From the IMG/VR virus record IMGVR_UViG_3300031857_016023, positions 59,822 to 123,821 of that record: a DNA stretch of 64,000 bases; one strand, 5' to 3'. Both the position numbers and the translations under genes were made by a program. Source of the DNA: a virus. The first letter of the stretch is position 1. Every line of letters starts with the position of its first letter. Shown piece after piece: positions 19,547 to 28,504 of the stretch. The notes under the pieces are model-generated. The model made no database searches. It saw nothing but the letters and a program-made list of their open reading frames with translations, and was not told where the DNA came from.

Positions 19547-20334
19547 ATTTTATAATCTTTCTCCATTTCAACAAAACGATTGTAAAGTTCTTCTCCTAAA
19601 ATTTCTTTTGGATCTTTAGCTGTCTTTTGTAGTTTTGGCCTAATTGTATGTAATCCTTCAATACCCCAAGCAAGTAAATCAGCATCCTGCGTATCATTTT
19701 CTATATCATCAAAATTATAATTCCATTTTGGTAGTTCTAAAAATTCTTCAATTTTTTGTATTTGTTTTATTGGTTGATTAATAAGATCATCATAATTCAC
19801 AATTACAATTTTGTTTGGCGCCTCTATTTTAATTTGTTTTAAAACTTCCATATCTTCTTTAACTATTTCATACCAGATAAATCCCATTCGAGTATCATCA
19901 TTTATTAAACAGTTATTTTCGTGTAGTATCTTATCTACATTTGAAGTTATATCTTTTTTAATTAATGAAAGCCAACTTGCCATTACACTTGGTAAATCTC
20001 TTTCTGTTACTATAGCTTTCATTTCTCTACCAAATAATTCCGAAGCATATAACATATTTTTTCCCCAAGCTCTGTCTTTATCGATTATTATTGGTTCTGA
20101 ACGATGTTTCCAAAAAGCAGGAAGTATTGCTTTTGTTATATTATTAATTTGTTCAACAAAACGATTTGCATTAACTGCTGGTTCTTTATCCCATATTTCT
20201 TGAAGTTTTGAAGTTACTTGAAGCATAGGAGAAGTTGGAGTAACATAAACATTTGGATTCTGATTTAAAATTGAAGCTAAAACAGTTGATCCTGATCTTG
20301 ATAGTCCTGCCATAAAGTGATAAGTTTTATCCAT
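19543..20334 (-). CDS. Sulfotransferase family protein
   Basis: PAPS-binding loop GLSRSGSTVLASILNQNP; RDLPSVMASW; YDDLINQP. Confidence 0.85.
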   Translation of the reverse strand: MDKTYHFMAGLSRSGSTVLASILNQNPNVYVTPTSPMLQVTSKLQEIWDKEPAVNANRFVEQINNITKAILPAFWKHRSEPIIIDKDRAWGKNMLYASELFGREMKAIVTERDLPSVMASWLSLIKKDITSNVDKILHENNCLINDDTRMGFIWYEIVKEDMEVLKQIKIEAPNKIVIVNYDDLINQPIKQIQKIEEFLELPKWNYNFDDIENDTQDADLLAWGIEGLHTIRPKLQKTAKDPKEILGEELYNRFVEMEKDYKI

Positions 20335-20693
20335 TATTTTAAAGTCATATTTGGTATATTTGGGTGATGATTTTTACGACAGTCAAATTGACGACAAGCT
20401 ATTGGCCTATCTTCATATATTGAACATTTACCATTAATGAACATACCACATCCACCTTCTTTTTTTCTATAGAGAACAATTGTTGGACCAACATTTGGGT
20501 TTATTTCTAAATGACCTTCATTTGGATTTAATAAGCTGATTGGATATTTACCAGAAGCAACTTCTTCAATTGTAAGATATGGAGATAATTTTTCACAACA
20601 AAAAGTGCAAGTACCGCAAGGCACTTCGGATATTTCTTCATCGGATCTAATTGAAGTTATATTAATATTTTTTATATCAAAGTTAATTTTCAT
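20334..20693 (-). CDS. YkgJ-like cysteine-cluster (Zn/Fe-binding) protein
   Basis: CGTCTFCC...GCGMF...CSIYEDRPIACRQFDC. Confidence 0.85.
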   Translation of the reverse strand: MKINFDIKNINITSIRSDEEISEVPCGTCTFCCEKLSPYLTIEEVASGKYPISLLNPNEGHLEINPNVGPTIVLYRKKEGGCGMFINGKCSIYEDRPIACRQFDCRKNHHPNIPNMTLK

Positions 20694-21990
20694 GTAGGTA
20701 TTCTTTAAGCTCTGCTAAAGGTAGATCCCAATTATCATATCGTTTTTGTCTAAAAATAGTAAGATTATCATTATACCATTTTGTTTTATGACCAGGTATT
20801 GCCCAAGTATAATAGTTTAAAAGTGGTGTTAAAACCACAGAAAGTTTTCCCATAGCTCCTGCTGCATGAATCAAAGAGGTGCAACTAGAAACAACTATGT
20901 CCATTTGATCGATATAGTCGAAGGTATCATCCCAATTTTTAATTTTGTCTTTTAAATTAATCACTCTTGGATGATTAAAATCTTCATCCATGTGAAAGGA
21001 ATAAATTGTATAATCTTCTGGAATACAATCTATCATTTGCTCAAAAGGAACAGTTCGATGAAGGTCTTGGTCATAGTGTGGATTTCCCATCGATTTAATA
21101 CCAATTTTTTTCTTACCTTCTAATTTTGGCGCTTTTCTGATGGGTGACAAATATGGCCCATACCATAATTCATTTTGTTCTAGTTCTAAGTAACTAGGTA
21201 CAGGCATCGAATATGTCCATAACCAATCGTCTGGTAATTGTTTGACATTTGACATGCAAGGAAAACCACATCTTTCAAATATATTAATAACGGCTTTACT
21301 GTTTGAAAACCATATAGGATTTAAACCTCTTTCTTTAAGGTGCTTCATAAACCTTACAGAGATAATCTCATCACCAATACCGCCTTCAGCGCAAACAAGT
21401 ATGGTTTTTCCTTTTGCTGGTTCTCCTTGCCAAAGATTAGTTTTTGGAAAAGGAAATTCATGCCAAGAATTAAACGCTCGACCTCCTAACAAGACTTCTC
21501 TCAAACCTTTTTTAAATAATCCATTTCTCAGATCATATGTGCCAAGATTAAATTTTACTTTTCTACCAAGTTCTTCATCGTGAGGTTTAGTTAGAATATC
21601 CCTTAAAACTTTTTCACCTAAATCTTTTCGATCTAATAAAAAATAAGTAAAAGCTTCTTCCATTCTAAGTTCTGGATCATCAGGATTATCTTTTAGAGAT
21701 AATTGTATAAATTTTAAAGCATCTTCAGGTTTGTTTAGTTGAAGGTAACCTCTTATAATATTTGTTCTTACTTTATATTTTTCTTCTGTTGGTAAAGAAA
21801 AATCATTATACATCTTTAATGCTATTTTTAATGATCCATCAAAACTTTTACATCTCACATATAATTGTCCTAATTCATCAAAATGCTCTATATTTTGAGC
21901 ATAAGGAAACATTAGATCTAAAACAATTTTAGCTTTTTCTTTTTGATTAATGTCAATAAGAAATTTAGCTGTTGATAGAGGATCATTCAT
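20683..21990 (-). CDS. TPR-like helical N-terminus plus GT-B (GT9-like) glycosyltransferase
   Basis: WQGE..KGKTILVCAEGGIGDEI and DIVVSSCTSLIHAAGAMG. Confidence 0.8.
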   Translation of the reverse strand: MNDPLSTAKFLIDINQKEKAKIVLDLMFPYAQNIEHFDELGQLYVRCKSFDGSLKIALKMYNDFSLPTEEKYKVRTNIIRGYLQLNKPEDALKFIQLSLKDNPDDPELRMEEAFTYFLLDRKDLGEKVLRDILTKPHDEELGRKVKFNLGTYDLRNGLFKKGLREVLLGGRAFNSWHEFPFPKTNLWQGEPAKGKTILVCAEGGIGDEIISVRFMKHLKERGLNPIWFSNSKAVINIFERCGFPCMSNVKQLPDDWLWTYSMPVPSYLELEQNELWYGPYLSPIRKAPKLEGKKKIGIKSMGNPHYDQDLHRTVPFEQMIDCIPEDYTIYSFHMDEDFNHPRVINLKDKIKNWDDTFDYIDQMDIVVSSCTSLIHAAGAMGKLSVVLTPLLNYYTWAIPGHKTKWYNDNLTIFRQKRYDNWDLPLAELKEYLHEN

Positions 21991-22486
21991 TTTTTTCTTC
22001 TAATCTAAAAATTTGTACTAAGCCGCCTGAAAAAGAATGAAACAACCATGGTCTAAACAAAACGCCTTGGCCTGGTTTAAAATCATAAGATACAATTAAA
22101 TCCCAATCATGTAAATTTCTATAATTCAATTTATATTCTTCTAAAGCAGTTTTAGGACCGTTTAAATTTTCATAGATGTTTAACAAAGTCCTGTCTAATG
22201 CTACAACAAAAATCCATTCGTTTAATTTTTCAAAACTTTCAAAATGAATAAAAGGAAAAGGATGCCTAAAAATTCCTGATTTTTCTTTATTGACAATAAC
22301 ATTAGTGCCTAAAACAATTTTAAATCTTTCTTCAATATCTTTAGGTATCATATTGAAATCTGGTATTTCTTTTCCAAATTCTTTATCTACAAAGCTCAAA
22401 TTGCTAGTAATATTGCCAATATTTGTAGAATCTTCTCTTGTAATAAAATCGTCTACACTAATTATTTTAACTAATCGATGTAACAT
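21983..22486 (-). CDS. Putative 2OG-Fe(II) oxygenase-like protein
   Basis: IISVDDF start, IHFE and GQGVLFRPWLFHS suggest an HxD/E...H triad. Confidence 0.5.
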   Translation of the reverse strand: MLHRLVKIISVDDFITREDSTNIGNITSNLSFVDKEFGKEIPDFNMIPKDIEERFKIVLGTNVIVNKEKSGIFRHPFPFIHFESFEKLNEWIFVVALDRTLLNIYENLNGPKTALEEYKLNYRNLHDWDLIVSYDFKPGQGVLFRPWLFHSFSGGLVQIFRLEEKNE

Positions 22487-22488
22487 CT

Positions 22489-23082
22489 TTAAGTATTAGC
22501 AACTTGATACATTATATTTTGTGGTTCATCTATTTTATGAACCGACCATGTTATTAATATTTCAGCAATAACATTATTATGTGTTCTGGAAGCATGAATA
22601 CATTGTTCATCATTATAATTTTTGAATATTTTGTCCCAATAAGGATCAAGAACAAACTTATAATCTATAACACGCATATCAACATCGTGAATTAATCCAA
22701 GAGGAGTTTCACTTCCGCCGCTTTTAATGTCTTCCTTATTTCTTTTTTTGGAAAACATATCAAGAGTGTGGCTATAGATTGCTCTTTTATGTGTGGGATC
22801 TATGAGGAAAATATCATGTCGAGGATGAGGAACTCTAATATCAATTTGAGTGCCGTGTTTACAAACACGAAAAAGTTCTTTAATGCAATGAAAAAAACCA
22901 TCACCTAAGTGTTCAAGTATGTGGTGTGCAATCACATGGTCTACACTATCATTATCAAAAGGCAAATTATCCCGTTCTAAATCTAGAACATGATCTGGTT
23001 CAGAACCAGCATAACTGTCTATATTAATATAATCGGGAATTCTTTTGTTGCCTGAACCAATATTTATTTTCATAATTATCAC
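22489..23082 (-). CDS. Class I SAM-dependent methyltransferase
   Basis: KINIGSG, LPFDNDSVD, HILEHL, ELFRVCK and DPTH motifs. Confidence 0.85.
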   Translation of the reverse strand: MIIMKINIGSGNKRIPDYINIDSYAGSEPDHVLDLERDNLPFDNDSVDHVIAHHILEHLGDGFFHCIKELFRVCKHGTQIDIRVPHPRHDIFLIDPTHKRAIYSHTLDMFSKKRNKEDIKSGGSETPLGLIHDVDMRVIDYKFVLDPYWDKIFKNYNDEQCIHASRTHNNVIAEILITWSVHKIDEPQNIMYQVANT

Positions 23083-23120
23083 CTTTAAACATGAAATTAT
23101 AACACATCTTTATTTATTTG

Positions 23121-24374
23121 TCAATAATACAAATTAGAAATAGCGGCAATTGTATTGTTTCCACTTAAATATGGTGTAAAAAGTTTTGAGCTGGAGATTG
23201 TACTCCATTTTCTGTCTGTGACTATTTGAACAGGAGAAGATACTCCTATTGCACCTCTTGTACCTTGTGGAGATTCTTGATTATTTCCAAATACTCCGGC
23301 TTCATTTCTTCCCCAAGCCCATAATGTTCCATCTTCTTTAAGAGCAAAAGAAGTATCTTGTGAAACGGAAATTTCTGTCCAATCACTTCTACTGGATATT
23401 TGTGTTGGAGAAGATCGTTGTGCTAAACCTAAGCCAGCTTCTGATCCAATTAAAGGCAAACCTAATTGTCCATAACCATTAGATCCCCAACCCCAAAGAG
23501 TTCCATCGGTTTTAATAGCTAAAAAATGTATGTCTGCTGCTAGCGAATTTGGCCCAGCAATTTTTTTCCAATTAGTTGAAGAATCGAATTGAACCGGAGA
23601 AGATCGGTCTACTTTTATTCCTAAACGCTCTTGAGTTTGGCCCCAAACCCAAAGAGTTCCGTCAACTTTAATAGCTGTCACTACATTTTGGCGTGAAGAA
23701 GGATTAACAAATTTCCAAGTCCTGTCTAATCCAATTTGAACTGGAGAAGATCGATGTAAAAGAACACCACTATTAATACCTAAAGTACCATAATCATTAG
23801 AACCCCAAGAGTATAATCTACCTTCATCTTTATCGCCTCTAATAGCAAATGTTGTATCTAATCCACAAACAACATATTTCCACCAAGTGTTTGATCCAAT
23901 TTGAACAGGAGAAGATACACTAATACTTATGCTAGTATTAGTTCCTAGTTGACCGTATTCATTTCTTCCCCAACTCCATAATGTTCCATCCGTTTTTACA
24001 GCGCTACTATGTGCATTACCAGCAGATATATGAGCCCAATTTGTATCAACTCCAATTTGAACAGGAGAAGATAAATTGATTGTTGTGCTATTTCCTAATT
24101 GGCCATATTCGTTTTTTCCCCAACTCCATAATGTTCCATCCGTTTTTAACGCTAAGGCATGACCAGATATATCAATTTCTTTCCAAAATTGGGAAGATTG
24201 TAATTGTACAGGTGATGATCTGGAAATTGTTGTTCCGTCACCAATAATACCAGATCTTCCGTCAGGTGAATTATCTCCCCAAATGAATATATGACCAAAT
24301 TTTGTTACCCTTTTTAAAATATTAGGTTTTAAAAATCTAGAAGTAACGTCTTTATTCCTCGATCTATATGTCAT
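23121..24374 (-). CDS. RCC1/BLIP-II repeat beta-propeller protein
   Basis: Repeats of KTDGTLWSWGxNEYGQLG...SSPVQIG. Confidence 0.88.
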   Translation of the reverse strand: MTYRSRNKDVTSRFLKPNILKRVTKFGHIFIWGDNSPDGRSGIIGDGTTISRSSPVQLQSSQFWKEIDISGHALALKTDGTLWSWGKNEYGQLGNSTTINLSSPVQIGVDTNWAHISAGNAHSSAVKTDGTLWSWGRNEYGQLGTNTSISISVSSPVQIGSNTWWKYVVCGLDTTFAIRGDKDEGRLYSWGSNDYGTLGINSGVLLHRSSPVQIGLDRTWKFVNPSSRQNVVTAIKVDGTLWVWGQTQERLGIKVDRSSPVQFDSSTNWKKIAGPNSLAADIHFLAIKTDGTLWGWGSNGYGQLGLPLIGSEAGLGLAQRSSPTQISSRSDWTEISVSQDTSFALKEDGTLWAWGRNEAGVFGNNQESPQGTRGAIGVSSPVQIVTDRKWSTISSSKLFTPYLSGNNTIAAISNLYY

Positions 24375-24380
24375 TTTGTT

Positions 24381-25607
24381 TTAACCAAAAAAAGTTTCAT
24401 CTTTTATACCAACAAATCCAGAAGCGACAGATGATACACTTACCCAATTATTGGCCCAATCAGTCCTGCTAGGATTCCACGAACCAAATAAAACAGGTGA
24501 ACTTTCTGGTCCTGTTACGCCGAGCCTATATCCGTTAAAAGGTACGTTACTGCCCCACCCCCAAAGAGTTCCATCCGCTTTGATAGCCATATTATAACGA
24601 AAAACTTCTACCCAATCGTTTGATGTTCCAATCTGTACCGGAGATGATTTTGCCGATCCAGTACCAGGCGGTTCATTTAAGAAACTTCCTCCCCAAGCCC
24701 ATAATGTTCCATCGGTTTTAACTGCTGTAGCGCTGATCTCTGATCTTATTACTGATTTCCAATTATTTTCTGTACCAAGTTGTACAGGTTCTCCCCGCGT
24801 ATCAGAATAACCGCTAGTAGAATTTCCAAACCCTCCGTAAAAATTTTGACCCCAAATCCAAAGAGTCCCATATCTATCAATTACAGCATAGGTGTCTACT
24901 AATTTACTCCAATCTCTGGATGATCCAATTTGGGTTGGAGAGGAAAATATTGTAATATTATTAATATCAATGCCCCATTTCCAAAGAGTTCCATCTGATT
25001 TGAGAGCAAACGCTCTGTGATTACCCTGATCAGATTTTACAGATACCCATTTATTATCTGTACCTATTTGTGTTGGAGAAGATACGTTGTTGGATAAAGA
25101 TCCAAAAGTAAAAGATGGTGGACCATAACCTAATTGGGCTCTATAATTATGCCCCCAAGACCAAAGAGTTCCATCGGTTTTAATAGCAAAGGTTGAATAT
25201 ATACTTCGTTCTACCATTAACCAGTTAGTATCTGCTCCAATTTGAGTAGGAGAAGATTTTCCTTGCAAGAAGTTTGATGTATTATCTCCAATTTGACCAT
25301 AATCGTTTGCACCCCAACCCCAAAGAGTTCCATCCGACTTAATAGCGTGAACACCTAAAGCATCACAAGAAATTGAAGCCCAACCAACTCCACTTCCAAG
25401 TAAAACGGCAGATGATCGATAAGTTTGATCATTAAGACCTAATTGGGCTCGATCATTTGCGCCTAAACCATAAAGATAACTTTGTAAAGGAAAATCTCTA
25501 ATATATCCATAGTTGTCAAATAATCTAGTCGTAGACACATATGATCCAAGTGAAGTATTGGATATATCTGTTGTGGTGCTATTTTGAGTAATGAGATAAT
25601 TAGTCAT
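24381..25607 (-). CDS. RCC1/BLIP-II repeat beta-propeller protein
   Basis: Repeats of K(S/T)DGTLWxWG...SSP(T/V)QIG. Confidence 0.88.
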   Translation of the reverse strand: MTNYLITQNSTTTDISNTSLGSYVSTTRLFDNYGYIRDFPLQSYLYGLGANDRAQLGLNDQTYRSSAVLLGSGVGWASISCDALGVHAIKSDGTLWGWGANDYGQIGDNTSNFLQGKSSPTQIGADTNWLMVERSIYSTFAIKTDGTLWSWGHNYRAQLGYGPPSFTFGSLSNNVSSPTQIGTDNKWVSVKSDQGNHRAFALKSDGTLWKWGIDINNITIFSSPTQIGSSRDWSKLVDTYAVIDRYGTLWIWGQNFYGGFGNSTSGYSDTRGEPVQLGTENNWKSVIRSEISATAVKTDGTLWAWGGSFLNEPPGTGSAKSSPVQIGTSNDWVEVFRYNMAIKADGTLWGWGSNVPFNGYRLGVTGPESSPVLFGSWNPSRTDWANNWVSVSSVASGFVGIKDETFFG

Positions 25608-25612
25608 TTGTA

Positions 25613-26830
25613 TTATTTAAAACCTGGATCTTTTAAAGCCAAAAAATTTACACTACCCGTCACGCCTGAGGCCGACTGGATTGTAGAAATCTTTCTAAAT
25701 CCAACATTTGATGTAACGGGTATTGGGGCAGTCGCATGAAGTGTCAAGAGTTGAACTGGAGATGATCGATAAGGAATCCATGTTCCGTCAGCTGTATTTG
25801 AAGGATTATAACTCCATGTGCCCCAAACCCAAAGAGTTCCATCTGATTTTATGCCCATACCGTGATTGCTACCAGAAAAAAACTTGTTTCCGCCAATTTC
25901 CACATATCTCCATGGAAGTTGACCATTACCTTGTCCAAGCACCTGAACAGGAGAGCTTCTAGAAATATTTGTACCATCACCAAGTTGTCCTACTGTATTA
26001 CTTCCCCAAGCCCATAATGTTCCATCGGTTTTAAATGCTGTAATTCCTCCAGAATTAACTGATCTCCAATTCGTGTTTGCTCCAATTTGAACGGGTGACG
26101 AATACTCTTTACCAAATGGAGAAGTTTCAGCCGGATTTAAACGAGCAGCGTTGCCCCATAACCAGAGAGTTCCATTTGATTTAATAGCTGCTCTAACAGA
26201 ACTAGAACTACTAATATATTTCCAATTTGTGTTTGTTCCAATTTGAACAGGAGAGCTTCTGGGAATTATCGTATTATCACCAACTTCACCATTAGAATTA
26301 AAGCCCCAAGACCAAAGAGTTCCATTATTTTTAAGGGCTAATCCATATTCTATTGCAAACCAATCATTTGAACTACCAATTTGAGTAGGAGAAGAACGAT
26401 CAATTAGGTCACCAAGACCTAGGCCACCAACATTATTAAGCCCCCAAGACCAAATAGTTCCATCAGTTTTAACAGCGTTAGCCACATAACTGAAAGCTGA
26501 AATTTTTTTCCAATTTCTGTTTGTTCCAATTTGAACTGGTGATGTAATATTTGTTCCTGGAGCACTTCCAGTATACCATTGTGGGTCATATCCGTAAGCC
26601 CATAATGTTCTATCCGATCTGATAAGAAAAGCATAATTTGAGCCTGGATCTCCCTCTATTTCTCTCCAAGAAGCTGAGTTTGCTGTTACATCATAAAATT
26701 TTTCTCCATTGCTATTTCTATTGTAATAATGCCATACTGTTCCACCAATGGTTATACTATCTAAAAATTCAAGATCGGTATCAATTGCATCGCTTAAAAG
26801 ATCTTGATCAGTATTAACTTTAAATACCAT
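25613..26830 (-). CDS. RCC1/BLIP-II repeat beta-propeller protein
   Basis: Repeats of KTDGT(L/I)WxWG...RSSPVQ. Confidence 0.88.
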   Translation of the reverse strand: MVFKVNTDQDLLSDAIDTDLEFLDSITIGGTVWHYYNRNSNGEKFYDVTANSASWREIEGDPGSNYAFLIRSDRTLWAYGYDPQWYTGSAPGTNITSPVQIGTNRNWKKISAFSYVANAVKTDGTIWSWGLNNVGGLGLGDLIDRSSPTQIGSSNDWFAIEYGLALKNNGTLWSWGFNSNGEVGDNTIIPRSSPVQIGTNTNWKYISSSSSVRAAIKSNGTLWLWGNAARLNPAETSPFGKEYSSPVQIGANTNWRSVNSGGITAFKTDGTLWAWGSNTVGQLGDGTNISRSSPVQVLGQGNGQLPWRYVEIGGNKFFSGSNHGMGIKSDGTLWVWGTWSYNPSNTADGTWIPYRSSPVQLLTLHATAPIPVTSNVGFRKISTIQSASGVTGSVNFLALKDPGFK

Positions 26831-27371
26831 TTTTATTTTCTAATTCTTGTACTCTATGATTTAATTCTTTAACTGTTTCTACCAAATAAGCAATAAGACC
26901 TTGATAGTTTATTGTTTTGAAACCTTGTGTTGTTTCATTTACTAAATGAGGTAAAGTTTTTTCAACATCTTGAGCAATAAAACCAGAAGCTTTTCTACCG
27001 TTATCTTTCCAATTAAATTCAACTCCAGATAATTTTGAAATCATTGAAATTGGATTTTCAATTTCTAAAATATTGTTTTTTAATGTTATATCGGATACCG
27101 TATTAAAATTAATTGAAGTAAGAGTTGCTGTATTTGGATTAAAATACAATTGAGTATTTGATATGAAAACATTTGGAGAAAGTAAACCAGTATTAGAAGA
27201 AGCCAAACAAACTGGATAATCTAAATTTGTAGAGGTGTTTACGGTAGCAATAGCCGGTACAGCTATTGAAACATTAGAAATTTGATAAACTTTACCTTGT
27301 GTGTCTACACTAACAATTGCAGTTATTAAATTACTTCCATATGTTCCTGCAGGTACGCCAAGAATAGCCAT
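26820..27371 (-). CDS. Short fibre protein with peptidase S74 intramolecular chaperone
   Basis: SDITLKNNI cleavage motif, GFIAQDVE and INYQGLIAYLVETVKEL. Confidence 0.85.
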   Translation of the reverse strand: MAILGVPAGTYGSNLITAIVSVDTQGKVYQISNVSIAVPAIATVNTSTNLDYPVCLASSNTGLLSPNVFISNTQLYFNPNTATLTSINFNTVSDITLKNNILEIENPISMISKLSGVEFNWKDNGRKASGFIAQDVEKTLPHLVNETTQGFKTINYQGLIAYLVETVKELNHRVQELENKNGI

Positions 27372-27372
27372 T

Positions 27373-27699
27373 TTATGTTATCTCCAAAGCTGAAACAACC
27401 ACATCAGCTGAACTTGCCAAAGAAGTTTGAACATTTATAAAATCTCCAGCTTCTAAAACTAATTTTTGATCTCCTCCAATTGGCACTAAAGTTTGACCTG
27501 TAGCTATGGGTGCCATGTGAGTTAAAAAGCATAATGTGCCGCCGGAATTTATCATCACATTTGCTGTAATTGCTGTTCCAGTTTTATTAGCAACAGACAT
27601 ACCAATTATTGTTGTTTGAGTTGCAGCTTGACAAATGTAAACATTTGAAGCTGAAGTACCAACCGAATTAGTTAAATTATTTTTAAAACTATTTGCCAT
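27373..27699 (-). CDS. Small conserved virion-associated protein
   Basis: MANSFKN, TTIIGMSVAN and GGDQKLVLEAGD; lies in the structural operon. Confidence 0.6.
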   Translation of the reverse strand: MANSFKNNLTNSVGTSASNVYICQAATQTTIIGMSVANKTGTAITANVMINSGGTLCFLTHMAPIATGQTLVPIGGDQKLVLEAGDFINVQTSLASSADVVVSALEIT

Positions 27700-27710
27700 T
27701 TTAGTACCTT

Positions 27711-28259
27711 TTATCCTAAAGCAATTGAAAATGCAAGAGCATCCGCACTAGCAACATTTGCCGCAGTGAAAGCTCCGTTAGCGTATACAGCAGCTGAATT
27801 CGATTTAGCTGAAGTTGTGTTTAAGAGATTACCAGCAGATCCAACCAATAAAGTCACATTTGCTATTTCGTGATTACCATATGAAACAAATGTTGTGCCA
27901 GCAAATGTTGCAGTATTTTGTATAATGGATGTTGTATTGCCAACATACAAATCTCTAGTTATATCTAAAGTTTTAAGTATGTTAACATTACCAGAAACAT
28001 TTAAATCTTCTAAAATATATCCAGAACCGTTTACATTGAGATTATCAAAACCAATAACATCTAAAGTGATATTACCACTTACTGTAAGATCTCCTCCAAT
28101 TGTAACGTCATTTTCAATATGCATGTTGGTGTTAGCAACATAAGTTTTGGTTACACCACCTTCTCTCAATAAATTTATATCATCAACTATATTTTGAGTT
28201 GTTGATAACCATTGATAAAATGTGTTAGTGGTAACTACTGCGCTTATTATATTAGCCAT
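27711..28259 (-). CDS. Fibre-like structural protein
   Basis: TNTFYQW N-terminus, GDLTVSGN beta-repeats, C-terminal ALAFSIALG. Confidence 0.55.
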   Translation of the reverse strand: MANIISAVVTTNTFYQWLSTTQNIVDDINLLREGGVTKTYVANTNMHIENDVTIGGDLTVSGNITLDVIGFDNLNVNGSGYILEDLNVSGNVNILKTLDITRDLYVGNTTSIIQNTATFAGTTFVSYGNHEIANVTLLVGSAGNLLNTTSAKSNSAAVYANGAFTAANVASADALAFSIALG

Positions 28260-28504
28260 TATTGTTTCCGGAGTGAGGCAATTTCAATGAGTAAATTTTT
28301 AATATCTTGCATATCAGATTCTAATTTTGCCAATCGTTGTTTAGTTTCACTTTCATCTTTTTTAAGTGCTTGAACGAGATTTTTTTTATTTCTATATTCT
28401 CTTAAAGCCGCTAAATTATTATTTAGAAGAGCTTTGGAATTTACATCTCTAACTAAATTTTCATCTTCAGTTTGTATTAAAATATTAGAATCTATCATTG
28501 TCAT
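28259..28504 (-). CDS. Hypothetical coiled-coil protein
   Basis: LVRDVNSKALLN motif, typical of the small gene after VrlC-like genes. Confidence 0.65.
   Translation of the reverse strand: MTMIDSNILIQTEDENLVRDVNSKALLNNNLAALREYRNKKNLVQALKKDESETKQRLAKLESDMQDIKNLLIEIASLRKQ

Noticed and set aside
23121-26830. Diversity-generating retroelement acting on RCC1 or fibre genes
   Set aside because: No reverse transcriptase is present and I saw no template/variable repeat pair differing only at adenines.
970-26830. Eukaryotic or giant-virus origin suggested by the RCC1 repeats and sulfotransferase
   Set aside because: These genes are embedded and translationally coupled within a T4-like structural operon of similar composition.
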